DNA of 64,000 nucleotides. Origin: Macrostomum lignano. Lineage: Eukaryota. The stretch's first letter is position 1. Every line of letters starts with the position of its first letter. Under the pieces are notes generated by a model, which saw only the letters and a program-made list of their open reading frames with translations, did no database searches and was not told the origin of the DNA. Below are positions 36,231 through 60,700 of the stretch, one piece after another. Where the stretch lies: positions 356,460 to 420,459 of the forward strand of contig NIVC01000301.1 in the NCBI GenBank assembly GCA_002269645.1, read 5' to 3'. A program made the position numbers and the translations under genes.

Positions 36231-37016
36231 TCCAGCGTCAAGTGAAAGCTAGAATAAATCTGGCGCCAGCTTCGGTGTACAGTTCAGAAACTGAAAAGCA
36301 TTCGAAGCGAAAATCAACAGACTTCAACAAGTCTGCCTCAGTGAGCCGAGCTGTCAATTCCGATCATTGACTTGCAGCAGTTATTAGTAGGACTTAAAAG
36401 ATCGAGATAAGCCCCATCCTGCCTGCTAAGTGGTGTCAGTTCTCTACTGCCGGATCTTCTGGAACGAGTTGCACCTATCCCGCGGCTTGTCGAGAGAAAA
36501 ATGGTCTTGTCTCTTCTGCAGGCAGTTACAGGAAGTTCGCACCGAGTGCAAGTCAGTTCCCCTTATTTCAAACCTGGCCGGCCTAAAACACTTTCCAGCT
36601 TCCCTCTCTTCTGCGGTCGTTAAAACCTGTAAGACTGCGCCAGCATCCGCATCACCTGCGCGCATCACTTGCGTTATTGCCGTTTAGTCTGCGAACTGCA
36701 GGTGGGGTCAACTGTTTCCTTGCTTGCACCGCAGTTTCAGTGCAGCTTAGAAGGTGAGACTCGCATAGCAGCAGCCACTGCTGCGCCCTCCCGGCCATTC
36801 ACCCACTGCACCGTCGGCGACAGGTGAGGACAGGCGCGCATTCAGCGTTTGGTTGGCAGTCTGACTGTTATGCTGCGTTGTGACACCCAGCTTGAGTTTT
36901 TGTTTTGCCATTACTTGCTAACAGTAGTGCCGTCATCTCATCTCTATCATCTCTATCTTCATTTATGCCATTGCAGATCAAGAAATTCTGCGTCTGCTGC
37001 TGACCAAGATTTACTG

Positions 37017-37200
37017 TGAGATCCCAGCTGATCCACACCGAGATCCCAGCTGATCCACACCGAGATCCCAGCTGATCCACACCGAGATCCCAGCTGATCC
37101 ACACCGAGATCCCAACTGATCCACACCGAGATCCCAGCTGATCCACACCGAGATCCCAGCTGATCCACACCGAGATCTCGGCTGATCGACACCGAGATCC
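37017..37200. repeat. 22-bp minisatellite (GAGATCCCAGCTGATCCACACC)
   Basis: About 8 copies just upstream of the innexin ATG. Confidence 0.92.
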
Positions 37201-37280
37201 CGGCTGAATCGCACGACAGGATCTGCTTCATACAGAGACAATATCCGACCCAAAACTGATTGAATCTTCCAACTTAAACG

Positions 37281-40855
<3,575 letters not shown>

Positions 40856-41687
40856 CCCGGCGCCAAGGAGTCGGGTTCGCTTGCGGCGACATTCCGTCCA
40901 ATCTATGGCATCTGCGCTTACCCTCACGTGATGCTTAGTTCAATGAATATCTCTGATTTATGCCGTAAAGTCTTGCAATTACTCGTATATTAAAAGCCTT
41001 CCCTACGCGAACACCTCTTACACAACACAGCGACTTGTTCAGCAGTAAATTTAGCCATAATGCAGTCCTGCTCGGTGCAATCCTGTCGCCCATATTCAAC
41101 CCTCCGAATTCGTATGAAACAAACTTGCTACCAAATTGATAAATAAATAGATTTATTGCTATATATCCTCGTTCAAGGGGCTCAGCTGATTCTTCGTTTA
41201 CGTAGTGTCAGCATGCACGTGGATAAAAGTTGATGGAGAAGTCTCTCAGCAACGCTCCCAGTTTCAGTATACATATTTGAATTGGGCTGAACCAACCAAA
41301 TGAATAAATCGAAAGTCTGAATGTTTACCATTTTTCATATTTTCATGCGCACTTGAGTTTTGGCCATCTAACTCTGGACCAGTGAGTATACTTGAAAAGC
41401 CACAAGCGAAGTAAATAGAGGCTTGAACCTTTATTAATAAATAGACCAATAAGATGAGCATAGATCTATTGTTATAATGAAAGCATGCGACATTGTTGTG
41501 CATTGCCGTGTCCAGGCATTGTGCTTGTATTTTATAGTCTGTAGCGTTAAAGTTGAGTCTTTACATTTAATTATTTTAGTGCATAAAGCTTCACGCCAAA
41601 CCATCTTCTTTGGTCGAAGAATTCTGCTATTTTGATGCTTGAAGTTCACTGTAGTTAGCGTTAAATAATGCAGAATTATGATAAGCG

Positions 41688-43604
41688 TTACGCTCGATAC
41701 ATCATGGATGTTCGGTTGGCCTGCCTCATCCAGCCCTGCGAGACGCTGGCCATCATGGCTTTCTGCAGGTAGTTGGACAGTCCGCTGGGCTTTGTGTCCA
41801 CTCCGATGTGGTTCCAGCACCAGGAGCTCAAGTCCCAGGCCATGCGCCGATCAGTTGAGTCGTGCATGTGCAGCATACCGATTTTGGCCTCTGTCGCTGG
41901 ATCCTTCATGAAGGCGTTCAACGTCTCGAAGCGGAAATACGACGCGAGGCACTTGCGCAGGCCCATGTAGGCGTTGTAGGGCACGCTGCCTGTGGTGTTG
42001 ATGTCGCGCATGAATGCGTCTTGACCTATCTGACTGCAGTTGGTCATCAAGTCCTTCATCTTTGAGTGCAGCGTCATCAGTAGGTCTTCCGTGAAGTTGT
42101 GGTACAGGTCGCCTTCCAGCTCAAACTCTTTCGACCTGATCAACCGCAAAATGATGCTGGGCACTTCCCAGAAATTGTCCTTTTCCTTGATTACTGACGA
42201 GGAATATACCACGGGATTGGCGGTGCCGGCTTGCTCGGATAGCATCGGCAAGGAGCTGCTGGCGTCCACTTTGATCCGCCCGTCCCAGGGCAAGCAGCCA
42301 AAGGCGAGCAGCAGGAAGATGTAGTAGGCAGACTCCAGGTCCTGCATGAAATGGAATATCTTGTTCTTCACCCGCAAGGTTGAGACAAATCGCTCGTGGT
42401 AGCCAAACGACGGCTTAGCGCTGCTGGGCATCTGGACGCTCGTTGAGAAGTCGCTGATGTACAACACGTTGCAGGCGTTGCCGGAGCCGAAGCGCAGGCA
42501 GTCGGTATTGAGGTCGCCATGCACAACGCCGTACTTGTGCATGACGATGAGGCGGCAGATCAACTGATCAAACAGCATCATCGCTGAGGACAGGTTGAAA
42601 TATTTTGACTGTGAACGCAACATTTCGATGAGGTAAGACACGCACGGGCCCAGTTTCTCCGTGGTCATGTAGCTCAGAGTCGAGCTAACGCACGAGCTGG
42701 TTGACAGTGGCAGCTTCAGTGTTATTGTCGAGATATCCATCGAGTTGCCGTGTGTATCGTAATAGTTGTAAGCCTCAAAGCCGCGCGCGGGATAGTCAAA
42801 CTCGGTGCCAGATACCGAGCAGTACTCGAACGGCATGGGGAAGCCGACCATGTGGTCAAAGTTGCACTGCTTGCTCCGCATTTCGTGCCGGTACTGCTCC
42901 CACAGCCAGGTCAGAATCTGGAACTCGCGCAGTAGTAGCAGATTGGACGGCTTCTTGGCCTTCCCCAGCGGCACGGCCTCGACGGTCATTGTCACCGGGT
43001 AACAGAAGTCGGTGGCGCGAGTCTCTCGCAGCACCGAGTTTTGCTTGGCGCTGGATTCTGTATATCGCTGAATGGCGGTTTCAAATGCCTCGTGGAAGGT
43101 GAACTGCTCGGGGTCCTTGGCCTTGCACATAGTCTCTCTGCTCGTTTTGGACACGTTCGGAAACAGTTCGGCCTGGAACTTGTAGGGCGCATTGAAAGTG
43201 GTCAGCACGTAGATGTACGGCTCGCCCGGCTTAGGCGATGAAAGATCGTACTTCTTGCTGAATTCGCTGCTTCCACAGATGCACTGCAGCAGGCGCTTGA
43301 CGTACTTTTCCACTTCGTTTAAGGCGGACTGGACCAGTTCCTTTGTCGCCGGGTCCTCACTGGTCCTACCGGAGCGGCCGAGATTCACTGACAGTTTTGG
43401 TGGCAGAATTCCGCTATCGGAGGACGTCATTTTCAGTGCTGAGCAGGCCGTCGAAGGGAGTTGCTTCGCTATGCAAACCGGTATGCCGCTTGCCGCTGAA
43501 AGTTGCCTTGAGTGTCGCTCAGAAGCAGCCCCGTCCCTTCCCGCGTCTGAGTCTGCCTCTGCCTTTTGTCTATGGGCCAGAGCACTTCCAAAGCCTCCCT
43601 CTTC
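41688..43604 (-). CDS. Casein kinase 1-family kinase-like protein, probable pseudokinase
   Basis: 580-aa ORF (43430-41688), open upstream to an acceptor at 43604; a possible first exon is 43936-43739. CK1-like motifs: EKLGPCV, FNLSSAMMLFDQLICRL, VVHGDLNTDC, LYISDFS, DLESAYY..GCLPWDG. Confidence 0.8.
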   Translation of the reverse strand, partial: EEGGFGSALAHRQKAEADSDAGRDGAASERHSRQLSAASGIPVCIAKQLPSTACSALKMTSSDSGILPPKLSVNLGRSGRTSEDPATKELVQSALNEVEKYVKRLLQCICGSSEFSKKYDLSSPKPGEPYIYVLTTFNAPYKFQAELFPNVSKTSRETMCKAKDPEQFTFHEAFETAIQRYTESSAKQNSVLRETRATDFCYPVTMTVEAVPLGKAKKPSNLLLLREFQILTWLWEQYRHEMRSKQCNFDHMVGFPMPFEYCSVSGTEFDYPARGFEAYNYYDTHGNSMDISTITLKLPLSTSSCVSSTLSYMTTEKLGPCVSYLIEMLRSQSKYFNLSSAMMLFDQLICRLIVMHKYGVVHGDLNTDCLRFGSGNACNVLYISDFSTSVQMPSSAKPSFGYHERFVSTLRVKNKIFHFMQDLESAYYIFLLLAFGCLPWDGRIKVDASSSLPMLSEQAGTANPVVYSSSVIKEKDNFWEVPSIILRLIRSKEFELEGDLYHNFTEDLLMTLHSKMKDLMTNCSQIGQDAFMRDINTTGSVPYNAYMGLRKCLASYFRFETLNAFMKDPATEAKIGMLHMHDSTDRRMAWDLSSWCWNHIGVDTKPSGLSNYLQKAMMASVSQGWMRQANRTSMMYRA

Positions 43605-44384
43605 CTAGCAAACATTCCACTGAAAATAAAAGTGCACTAAAAATTTGTTTTTTAAACGCCTAAAAAGCGCATAACTATTTAAACTACTAACAGTAGATTG
43701 AACAGAAATGTTTAAATATAGTTTATTGTTTTTCTAACTTGATTTTTCCCCAAAATTAGCAGGCTTAAGTTAGTGATGCGGTAAGCCAAGTCGGCATCAG
43801 CTATGCACATTTCAGATAAGCCAACGCATTGCGCACAAGTACTTGATGACCATGTATTTAAGATTTGTGCTAATAGTCGCAGGCAAGTGGGTGAATTTGT
43901 CAGTTTGATCTTGTACTCGAATATAGGCAAGTGCATTTTAAACTATAATTTGTACTGCTTGAGGTGTGCAGCAATAGGGATAGGGGGGGGGGTCACGAGT
44001 AGATTATATATCTTGTGAGGAGATTAGCAAAAATTCAAAATTTGCATTCGCCACAACACAGAAAGCCGAACCGCAAGCCGCTTGGGGTCGAAAAGAAATA
44101 GCAAAGCAAACGGAGCAACAGCAGAAGCGACAGAATGCAGGACTGCTGTGCTTCTGCGGAAACAGAAAAAGAGCTCTGGCTTGCGCTGAGCTTCCCGCTG
44201 CTGTCACAGTCCCTGCCTTTGACGGCTGCTAATTTTACCTGGTGTGTTGCAGATTAAGCATTGCATGAGGCCAAGGACATGTTGACGTTACTTTGTAAAA
44301 TGAATGAGTTTTGGAGTTCGCGTTATTTACTTTTATAACTTTGTAACAGTACTATAATATAATAGATTGACCATATAATTGTCA

Positions 44385-44840
44385 GCGTCACGTGATACCG
44401 AGAGTGACATGATATTGAGAGTGACGTGATATTGAGAGTGACGTGATATTGAGAGTGACGTGATACCGAGAGTGACGTGATATTGAGAGTCACGTGATAT
44501 TGAGAGTGACGTGATATTGAGAGTCACATGATATTGAGAGTGACGTGATATTGAGAGTGACGTGATATTGAGAGTGACGTGATATTGAGAGTCACGTGAT
44601 ATTGACAGTGACGTGATACCCAGAGTGACGTGATATTGAGAGTGACGTGATATTGAGAGTGACGTGATATTGATAGTCACGTGATATTGAGAGTCACGTG
44701 ATATTGATATTCACGTGATATTGATAGTCACGTGATATTGAGAGTCACGTGATATTGAGAGTCACGTGATATTGAGATTCACGTGATACCGAGAGTGGCG
44801 TGATATTGATAGTCACGTGATATTGAGAGTCACGTGATAC
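44385..44840. repeat. 17-bp minisatellite (GTGATATTGAGAGTGAC/TCAC)
   Basis: Visible array. Confidence 0.93.
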
Positions 44841-45127
44841 TGAAAGCCAGGCGACCCTAAGATCCTCTCTGTAAGTCTCGAAAATGTAGACTGCGAACGT
44901 CACCTCAGTTAATTATTTAAGGCATCGCCAATTTTGTTTAGACGGAAAAACTCGCTAAAAGTTCAACCTTCAGTGACAAAAAGTACATTGCAAAGAAAAC
45001 GCATAGGAAAAAATGGCAGACAGACTGACGCAAAATAGTCAGGGAGAGAGCAAATGTTGCTAAAATCGGAGGGCGGGGGGAGGGTGCAGGAGGGGCGGCG
45101 AAAGTTCGCGAATTGGCGGCCGGCCGG

Positions 45128-53223
<8,096 letters not shown>

Positions 53224-54726
53224 TTACAAACCGGTGAGACGGCTAAGATCTCAGGTGTTAATTGCGTCGCCGCTCCGCTGGTGGAGCGGAATCCGACGCA
53301 ACTCTTGCGGCCTCGGGTTGTCAGTTTAACGCGACTGATGGCCGCCTGTTTGCCTCTTGCTTCTGCTTGCTCAACAGGCGGGCGGCCGAAAACAAGGCGG
53401 AGAAGACGGGGAGAAAGAGAAGCTTTCAGATAAACAGGAGACTCCCGGGTCGCCGGCCGGGTCGAAACTGAGGATCGCCAACAGAAGCCGCAGTGCTACA
53501 TCTGCAGGGGGTGGCTCGCGCGTCGAAAGACCCAGGCGAGAGAGTTGGAGAGCGGGCGGGCTCTGTCTCTCGCCGCCTCTCAGCTGAGAAAAGCGGCGTG
53601 CAGGTAGAAAAGGGAAAACCAAGTGGTGAAAGGTGGAGCAGAAAGGGCAGCCGATGCAAAGGGCGGAAGCGGAGGAAGAGAAGCGGTTGTCCTCCTTTTG
53701 TCGCCCTTTTAAAAGCGACCGAAACGACAAGCAGGCAGGCAGGCAGGCAAAACGAGAGGCGGAGAGAGAGCGCCGTGGGCCAGTCGCCAAGGAGAGGCGA
53801 AATGCGAAGCGCGCAGAAGCTGGGAGGCCGAGTTGCGCCGGAGAGGTTGGCTTTGACGGATCCAGAGGGGCGGGGGGCGCTGGCCGGGCTCTTCCCAACC
53901 ACTTACGACCGTCGGGGAAACGAAAGAAACGGGAGAGGGAGAAGCGGGTCGGGCCGAGGGGGTCAGGGCGCTATCGACCGATTCAATCGGGTGCGCGTGC
54001 AGCGCAGAGAGATGGGGCGTCGCGGAGGCTGGCAGGGTGGGCAGCGAATTGGCGCGCTGTGGGGGGGGGTGGGGAGCAGGACGCGAAATTGAAGGCCATG
54101 CAGCACCGTGGTTGGTGGTTTTCTAATAACCCCGTCTGCTACCCAAGCACTTCGGGTCCCTGGGGAAAGCTAATCCCTTAATCCACCAGGTTCGGATTTC
54201 AGGCCAAATCCCCTGCCCAGACTATCGGCTTCACTCCACAGCTGCCCCCCCCCCGCGAGCCGTCATCAATCTCCGAGAGGGTCACCGACTTTTCCCGCGT
54301 CGCCGTCCCCGCCAGCAGCTAAGAGTGAAATTCGAGCCTGAGGTTTCGCCTCAACAGGAGGTTCCGCAACCGTTTCCTGCAGTTCGTAAAGACTAGCAAG
54401 TCGCTTATGATTCCATTTTCTCTTTCGCGACTGCACTGCTCAGGGAAAGATTCGCACTTTGCAGCAAGTGATGATTTTGAGAAAACATAATGTTCAGTTA
54501 TTAGCTAAAATATTAGCTATTTATTTAATTGACACTGACTTCATGCCTCTCTGTGCAGGTGTGCGCGTCTTTAATGCTAAACTGTGAGGCGGTAATTTCT
54601 TAGGGTGCAGATCTATCAATTGTGCGTAGCGACTACTAAGAACGAGCGTAGACAAAACATATTTGAATGAATTCAATGACAGCTCGATACCATTGTTACG
54701 GTTCAATAAATAGATTGCTTCAAACT

Positions 54727-57700
54727 CTAAGACTGGCTAACGGCGGCCGCAGCTCCGGGTGTCTCGCGGCCCTCCAGCCCACTGGGCGGCCGCATCGCTT
54801 CAATCCGAGCGCTTGCCTCGCTGATGTGACTCGCTTTGGAGGCGTTTCGCGACTCCGCCGTCTCGCCCCACTCTTGGGCCGTGGCGGAGGAGCTCACATT
54901 GCCCGACAGCTTGTTGCGCTCGCGGTCCAGCGAGGACAGCAGCTTGGAGACCGCCGTGTCCGTCTTTGGCGACGGTCGGCCCTCGAGCCAGTAGGTGACC
55001 ATCTTGCCTTTGCCCTGCGCGTGGGATTTGGGATTGAGAGGAGAGGCTGACGACTAATAGACTTAGGTGGCTGGTGCAGTGAGGTGGCTGGTGCAGTGAG
55101 GTGGCTGGTGCAGTGAGGTAGCTGGTGGAGTGAGGTGGCTGGTGCAGTGAGGTAGCTGGTGCAGTGAGGTGGCTGGTGCAGTGAGGTAGCAGGTGAAGTG
55201 AGGTGGCTGTTGGAGTGAGGTGGCTGTCCGAGTGAGGTAGCATTTTGGGTCAGGTGCGTGGCGAAGAGAGGTGGCTGCCGGATTGAGACGATCAGTGGAT
55301 TTGGGTTGGGGAGGCTGACTGCCTTTTTCGCTTTATTTGAAGTTCCCAGCCCAGTTCAACGACAGCCAGAGTTCGCTGCCTCACTGTATGACGCGCACCT
55401 TAATGTCCACCTCGCCGCGCAGCACCGTCTGGTACACCTTGTAGGCGTCCAGACGGGCCTTGGTGGCCTCGCTGATGTGAATCTTCTGAGCCAAACCGTT
55501 GGACTCCATACGGGAGGCCGTGTTCACCACGTCGCCGAACAGGCAGTAGCGCGGCAGCTTCAGGCCCACGACGCCGGCAATCACCGTGCCGCTGTGGATG
55601 CCTTCGTTGGCGTTGGATTGGGGATTAAACTGATACGCATTCCATACTACTGATTAATCAGCAATGAGTAGGTAGTAGAGAGTGACTCACCAACTCGAAT
55701 CTTGATGTGGGTGCTTGCATCCGAGGGGTCGACAATGGAAGTGACGGCCGTCACCATCTCCAGAGCCATTTCGGCCATGATGGCGGCGTGGAACTTGGTG
55801 ACCGTCGGGATGCCCGAGGCGATCATGTACACATCGTTCACTGTCTCCACCTTGTAGACTCGGTGCTTTTCAGTTAATTCGTCGAAACAGGCATAGATTG
55901 TGTTAAGCAGCATCACTACCTGCTGCGGCATGATGGAATTGGCGATGTTCTTAAAACCGCAGACGTCGCTAAACTGCACCGTGGCGTCGTCGAAGGTCGA
56001 GCAGATTCTTGTTGAGGTGCCCTCGACGCGGATTTTATCTGCCACCTTCATGGCGGGAGTGTTATAGCCGTTAGTTTCTGCGTTTTAACAGCTTGTTTCC
56101 CTGTTGGGTTTCCCTGTTGGGTTTCCTTGTTGGGTTTCCCTGTTGGGTTTCCCTGTTGGGTTTCCTTGTTGGGTTTCCCTGTTGGGTTTCCCTGTTGGGT
56201 TTCCCTGTTGAGTTTCCCTGTTGGGTTTCCCTGTTGAGTTTCCCTGTTGGGTTTTCCTGTTGGGTTTCCCTGTTGGGTTTCCCTGTTGGGTTTCCCTGTT
56301 GGGTTTCCCTGTTGGGTTTCCCTGTTGAGTTTCCCTGTTGGGTTTCCCTGTTGGGTTTCCCTGTTGGGTTTCCCTGTTGGGTTTCCCTGTTGGGTTTTCC
56401 TGTTGGGTTTTCCTGTTGGGTTTCCCTCTTGGGTTTTCCTGTTGGGTTTCCCTGTTGAGTTTCCCTGTTGGGTTTCCCTGTTTGGTTTCCCTGTTGGATT
56501 TCCCTGTTGGATTTCCCTGTTGGGTTTCCCTGTTGGGTTTCACTGTTGGGTTTCCCTGTTAGATTTCCCTGTTGGATTTCCCTGTTGGGTTTCCCTGTTG
56601 GGTTTCCCTGTTGGGTTTCCCTGTTGGGTTTCCCTGTTGAGTTTCCCTGTTGAGTTTTCCTGTTGAGTTTTCCTGTTGGATTTCCCTGTTGGGCTTCCCT
56701 GTTGGGTTTCGCTGTTGGGTTTCCCTGTTGGGTTTCCCTGTTGGGTTTCCCTGTTGGGTTTCCCTGTTGGGTTTCCCTGTTGGGTTTCCCTGTTGGGTTT
56801 CCCTGTTGGGTTTCCCTGTTGGGTTTCCCTGTTGAGTTTCCCTGTTGGGTTTCCCTGTTTGGTTTCCCTGTTGGATTTCCCTGTTGGATTTCCCTGTTGG
56901 GTTTCCCTGTTGGGTTTCACTGTTGGGTTTCCCTGTTAGATTTCCCTGTTGGATTTCCCTGTTGGGTTTCCCTGTTGGGTTTCCCTGTTGGGTTTCCCTG
57001 TTGGGTTTCCCTGTTGGGTTTCCCTGTTGAGTTTCCCTGTTGAGTTTTCCTGTTGAGTTTTCCTGTTGGATTTCCCTGTTGGGCTTCCCTGTTGGGTTTC
57101 GCTGTTGGGTTTCCCTGTTGGGTTTCCCTGTTGAGTTTCCCTGTTGAGTTTCCCTGTTGAGTTTCCCTGTTGGGTTTCCCTGTCGGGTTTCCCTGTTGGG
57201 TTTCCCTGTTGGGTTTCCCTGTTGGGTTTCCCTGTGTGGGGTTCCCTGTTGGATTTCTTTGTTGGGTTTCTCTGTTGGAGTTCCCTGTTGGATTCCCTGT
57301 TGGATTTCCCTGTTGGATTTCCCTGTTGGATTTCCCTGTTGGATTTCCCTGTTGGGTTTCCCTGTGTGGGGTTCCCTGTTGGATTTCTTTGTTGGGTTTC
57401 TCTGTTGGAGTTCCCTGTTGGATTTCCCTGTTGGATTTCCCTGTTGGATTTCCCTGTTGGATTTCCCTGTTGGATTTCCCTGTTGGATTTCCCTGTTGGA
57501 TTTCCCTGTTGGGTTTCCCTATTTGGTTTCCCTGTTGGGTTTCCCTGTTGGGTTTCCCTGCTGGGTTTCCCTGTTGAGTTTCCCTGTTGGGTTTCCCTGT
57601 TGGGTTTCCCTGTTGGATTTCTCTGTTGGGTTTCCCTGTTGGAAACTAGCGCTTACCTGCTTAGGGATCATCTGGTACAGCAGCTCGTCCGACCGCTTCC

Positions 57701-60700
57701 GCTCCTCGTCCAACTTGATGAGAGCCTCCTGGAAGCGTTTGCTCTTCTCCTCCTGCTGCTGCAGTGCCAGCTTGAGCTCCGCCTGCTGCTGCTCGCCGGC
57801 CAGCACCATGTCGCGCGACGAGTCGTGCATGCTGAGGTCGTTGACGTACAGGCCGGCCCTCTGCATCGTGTCCACGTCCTGCAGCTGAGGGGTGCCCAAA
57901 AACACGATTGCGTCCCAGCCGTCCATGTACTTCATCTGGCCGCGCAGCCGCAGGGATGTGTGCAGCGAGCTCAGGCTCTTCTTGTACTTTTCATGGCCGT
58001 CTGTTTTCGAAAAGTTGAGGTTCTGTGGGATCAGAGTCTTGAATCTGGGATCACAGGTTGCGATCAACTTCCTATATCTTGATACTGGGGCATGGGATCT
58101 GGGGGTTGGGATCTCTTGTCTGAGATTTGTTGACTGGAATCTGTTGTCTGGGATCTGTGGCCTTGGATGTGGGATCTCGGATGTGCGATCTTAGTTCTGA
58201 AATATCCGAGCAGTAATAGGGATCTGGGTATGCGATATTGGGTATTGAGGACAATCGCTGCTATAGGATCTAGCATTGGGGATCTGAGGCATGGGATCAA
58301 GCATTGGGAATCTGAGGCATGATGGGATCAAGCATTGGGGATCTGAGGCATGGGATCAAGCATTGGGGATCTGAGGCATGGGATCTAGCATAGGGAATCT
58401 GAGGCATGGGATCTAGAATTGAGGATCTGAGGCATGAGATCTAGCATAGGGAATCTGAGGCATGAGATCTAGGATCGGGAATCTGAGGCATGGTATCTAG
58501 AATTGGGGATCTGAGGCATGAGAACTAGCATTGGGAATCTGAGGCATGGTATCTAGAATTGGGGATCTGAGGCATGAGATCTAGCATAGGGAATCTGAGA
58601 ATCTGAGGCATGGGATCTAGAATTGGGGATCTGAGGCATGAGATCTAGCATTGGGAATCTGAGGCATGAGATCTAGGATCGGGGATCTGAGGCATGAGAT
58701 CTAGAATTGGGGATCTGAGGCATGAGATCTAGCATAGGGAATGTGAGGCATGGTATCTAGAATTGGGGATCTGAGGCATGAGATCTAGCATAGGGAATCT
58801 GAGGCATGGGATCTAGAATTGGGGATCTGAGGCATGAGATCTAGCATTGGGAATGTGAGGCATGAGATCTAGGATCGGGGATCTGAGGCATGAGATCTAG
58901 AATTGGGGATCTGAGGCATGAGATCTAGCATAGGGAATGTGAGGCATGGTATCTAGAATTGGGGATCTGAGGCATGAGATCTAGCATAGGGAATCTGAGG
59001 CATGGGATCTAGAATTGGGGATCTGAGGCATGAGATCTAGCATTGGGAATCTGAGGCATGAGATCTAGGATCGGGGATCTGAGGCATGAGATCTAGCATT
59101 GGGGATCTGAGGCATGGGATCTAGAATTGGGGATCTGAGGCATGATGAGATCTAAGGATTGGGAATCTGAGGCATGAGATCTAGCATTGGGGATCTGAGG
59201 CATGGGATCTAGCATTGAGGATCTGAGGCATGGGATCTAGGATTGGGGATCTGAGGCATGGGATCTAGCATTGGGGATCTGAGGCATGATGAGATCTAAG
59301 GATTGGGAATCTGAGGCATGGGATCTAGGATCGGGGATCTGAGGCATGGGATCTAGAATTGGGGATCTGAGACATGGGATCTAGCATTGGGGATCTGAGG
59401 CATGGGATCTAGCATAGGGAATCTGAGGCATGAGATCTAGCATTGGGAATCTGAGGCATGAGATCTAGGATCGGGGATCTGAGGCATGAGATCTAGAATT
59501 GGGGATCTGAGGCATGAGATCTAGCATAGGGAATCTGAGGCATGGGATCTAGAATTGGGGATCTGAGGCATGAGATCTAGCATTGGGAATCTGAGGCATG
59601 GGATCTAGGATCGGGGATCTGAGGCATGAGATCTAGAATTGGGGATCTGAGGCATGAGATCTAGCATAGGGAATGTGAGGCATGGTATCTAGAATTGGGG
59701 ATCTGAGGCATGAGATCTAGCATAGGGAATCTGAGGCATGGGATCTAGAATTGGGGATCTGAGGCATGAGATCTAGCATTGGGAATCTGAGGCATGAGAT
59801 CTAGGATCGGGGATCTGAGGCATGAGATCTAGCATTGGGGATCTGAGGCATGGGATCTAGAATTGGGGATCTGAGGCATGATGAGATCTAAGGATTGGGA
59901 ATCTGAGGCATGAGATCTAGCATTGGGGATCTGAGGCATGGGATCTAGCATTGAGGATCTGAGGCATGGGATCTAGGATTGGGGATCTGAGGCATGGGAT
60001 CTAGCATTGGGGATCTGAGGCATGATGAGATCTAAGGATTGGGAATCTGAGGCATGGGATCTAGGATCGGGGATCTGAGGCATGGGATCTAGAATTGGGG
60101 ATCTGAGACATGGGATCTAGCATTGGGGATCTGAGGCATGGGATCTAGCATAGGGAATCTGAGGCATGAGATCTAGCATTGGGAATCTGAGGCATGAGAT
60201 CTAGGATCGGGGATCTGAGGCATGAGATCTAGAATTGGGGATCTGAGGCATGAGATCTAGCATAGGGAATCTGAGGCATGGGATCTAGAATTGGGGATCT
60301 GAGGCATGAGATCTAGCATTGGGAATCTGAGGCATGGGATCTAGGATCGGGGATCTGAGGCATGAGATCTAGAATTGGGGATCTAAGGCAAAAAATGTGT
60401 TCTGTTCAGCAAGACTAACCACTCGTCTTTCGGTTCTTCTCATCGGTTAGAGTGCGCAAAACTTGCAGATCCTTTTCGTCCATCTTCTGCAGCGACATGA
60501 TCTCGAACACGTTGTTGGTGTGCATGATCACCTGTGCGGAAGGAGGCGATTCAATTTTGGCAGATGAATTTTTTCTGTCAGCTCATTTCCCGAGGCTCTG
60601 TAGAAAAAGCAGTCACCTTATCCCAGGTGAAAGGGATCATGGGCCGGGTGAGTAGGAACGCCTCGTTCACCAGCGTGCCCTCCAGGTCGGGCAGGGCGTT

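Noticed and set aside
56085-57640. Telomere-like repeat or repetitive proteins ([13 protein letters not shown])
   Set aside because: The 13-bp unit is not TTAGGG-type, and the array sits inside a guanylate cyclase intron.
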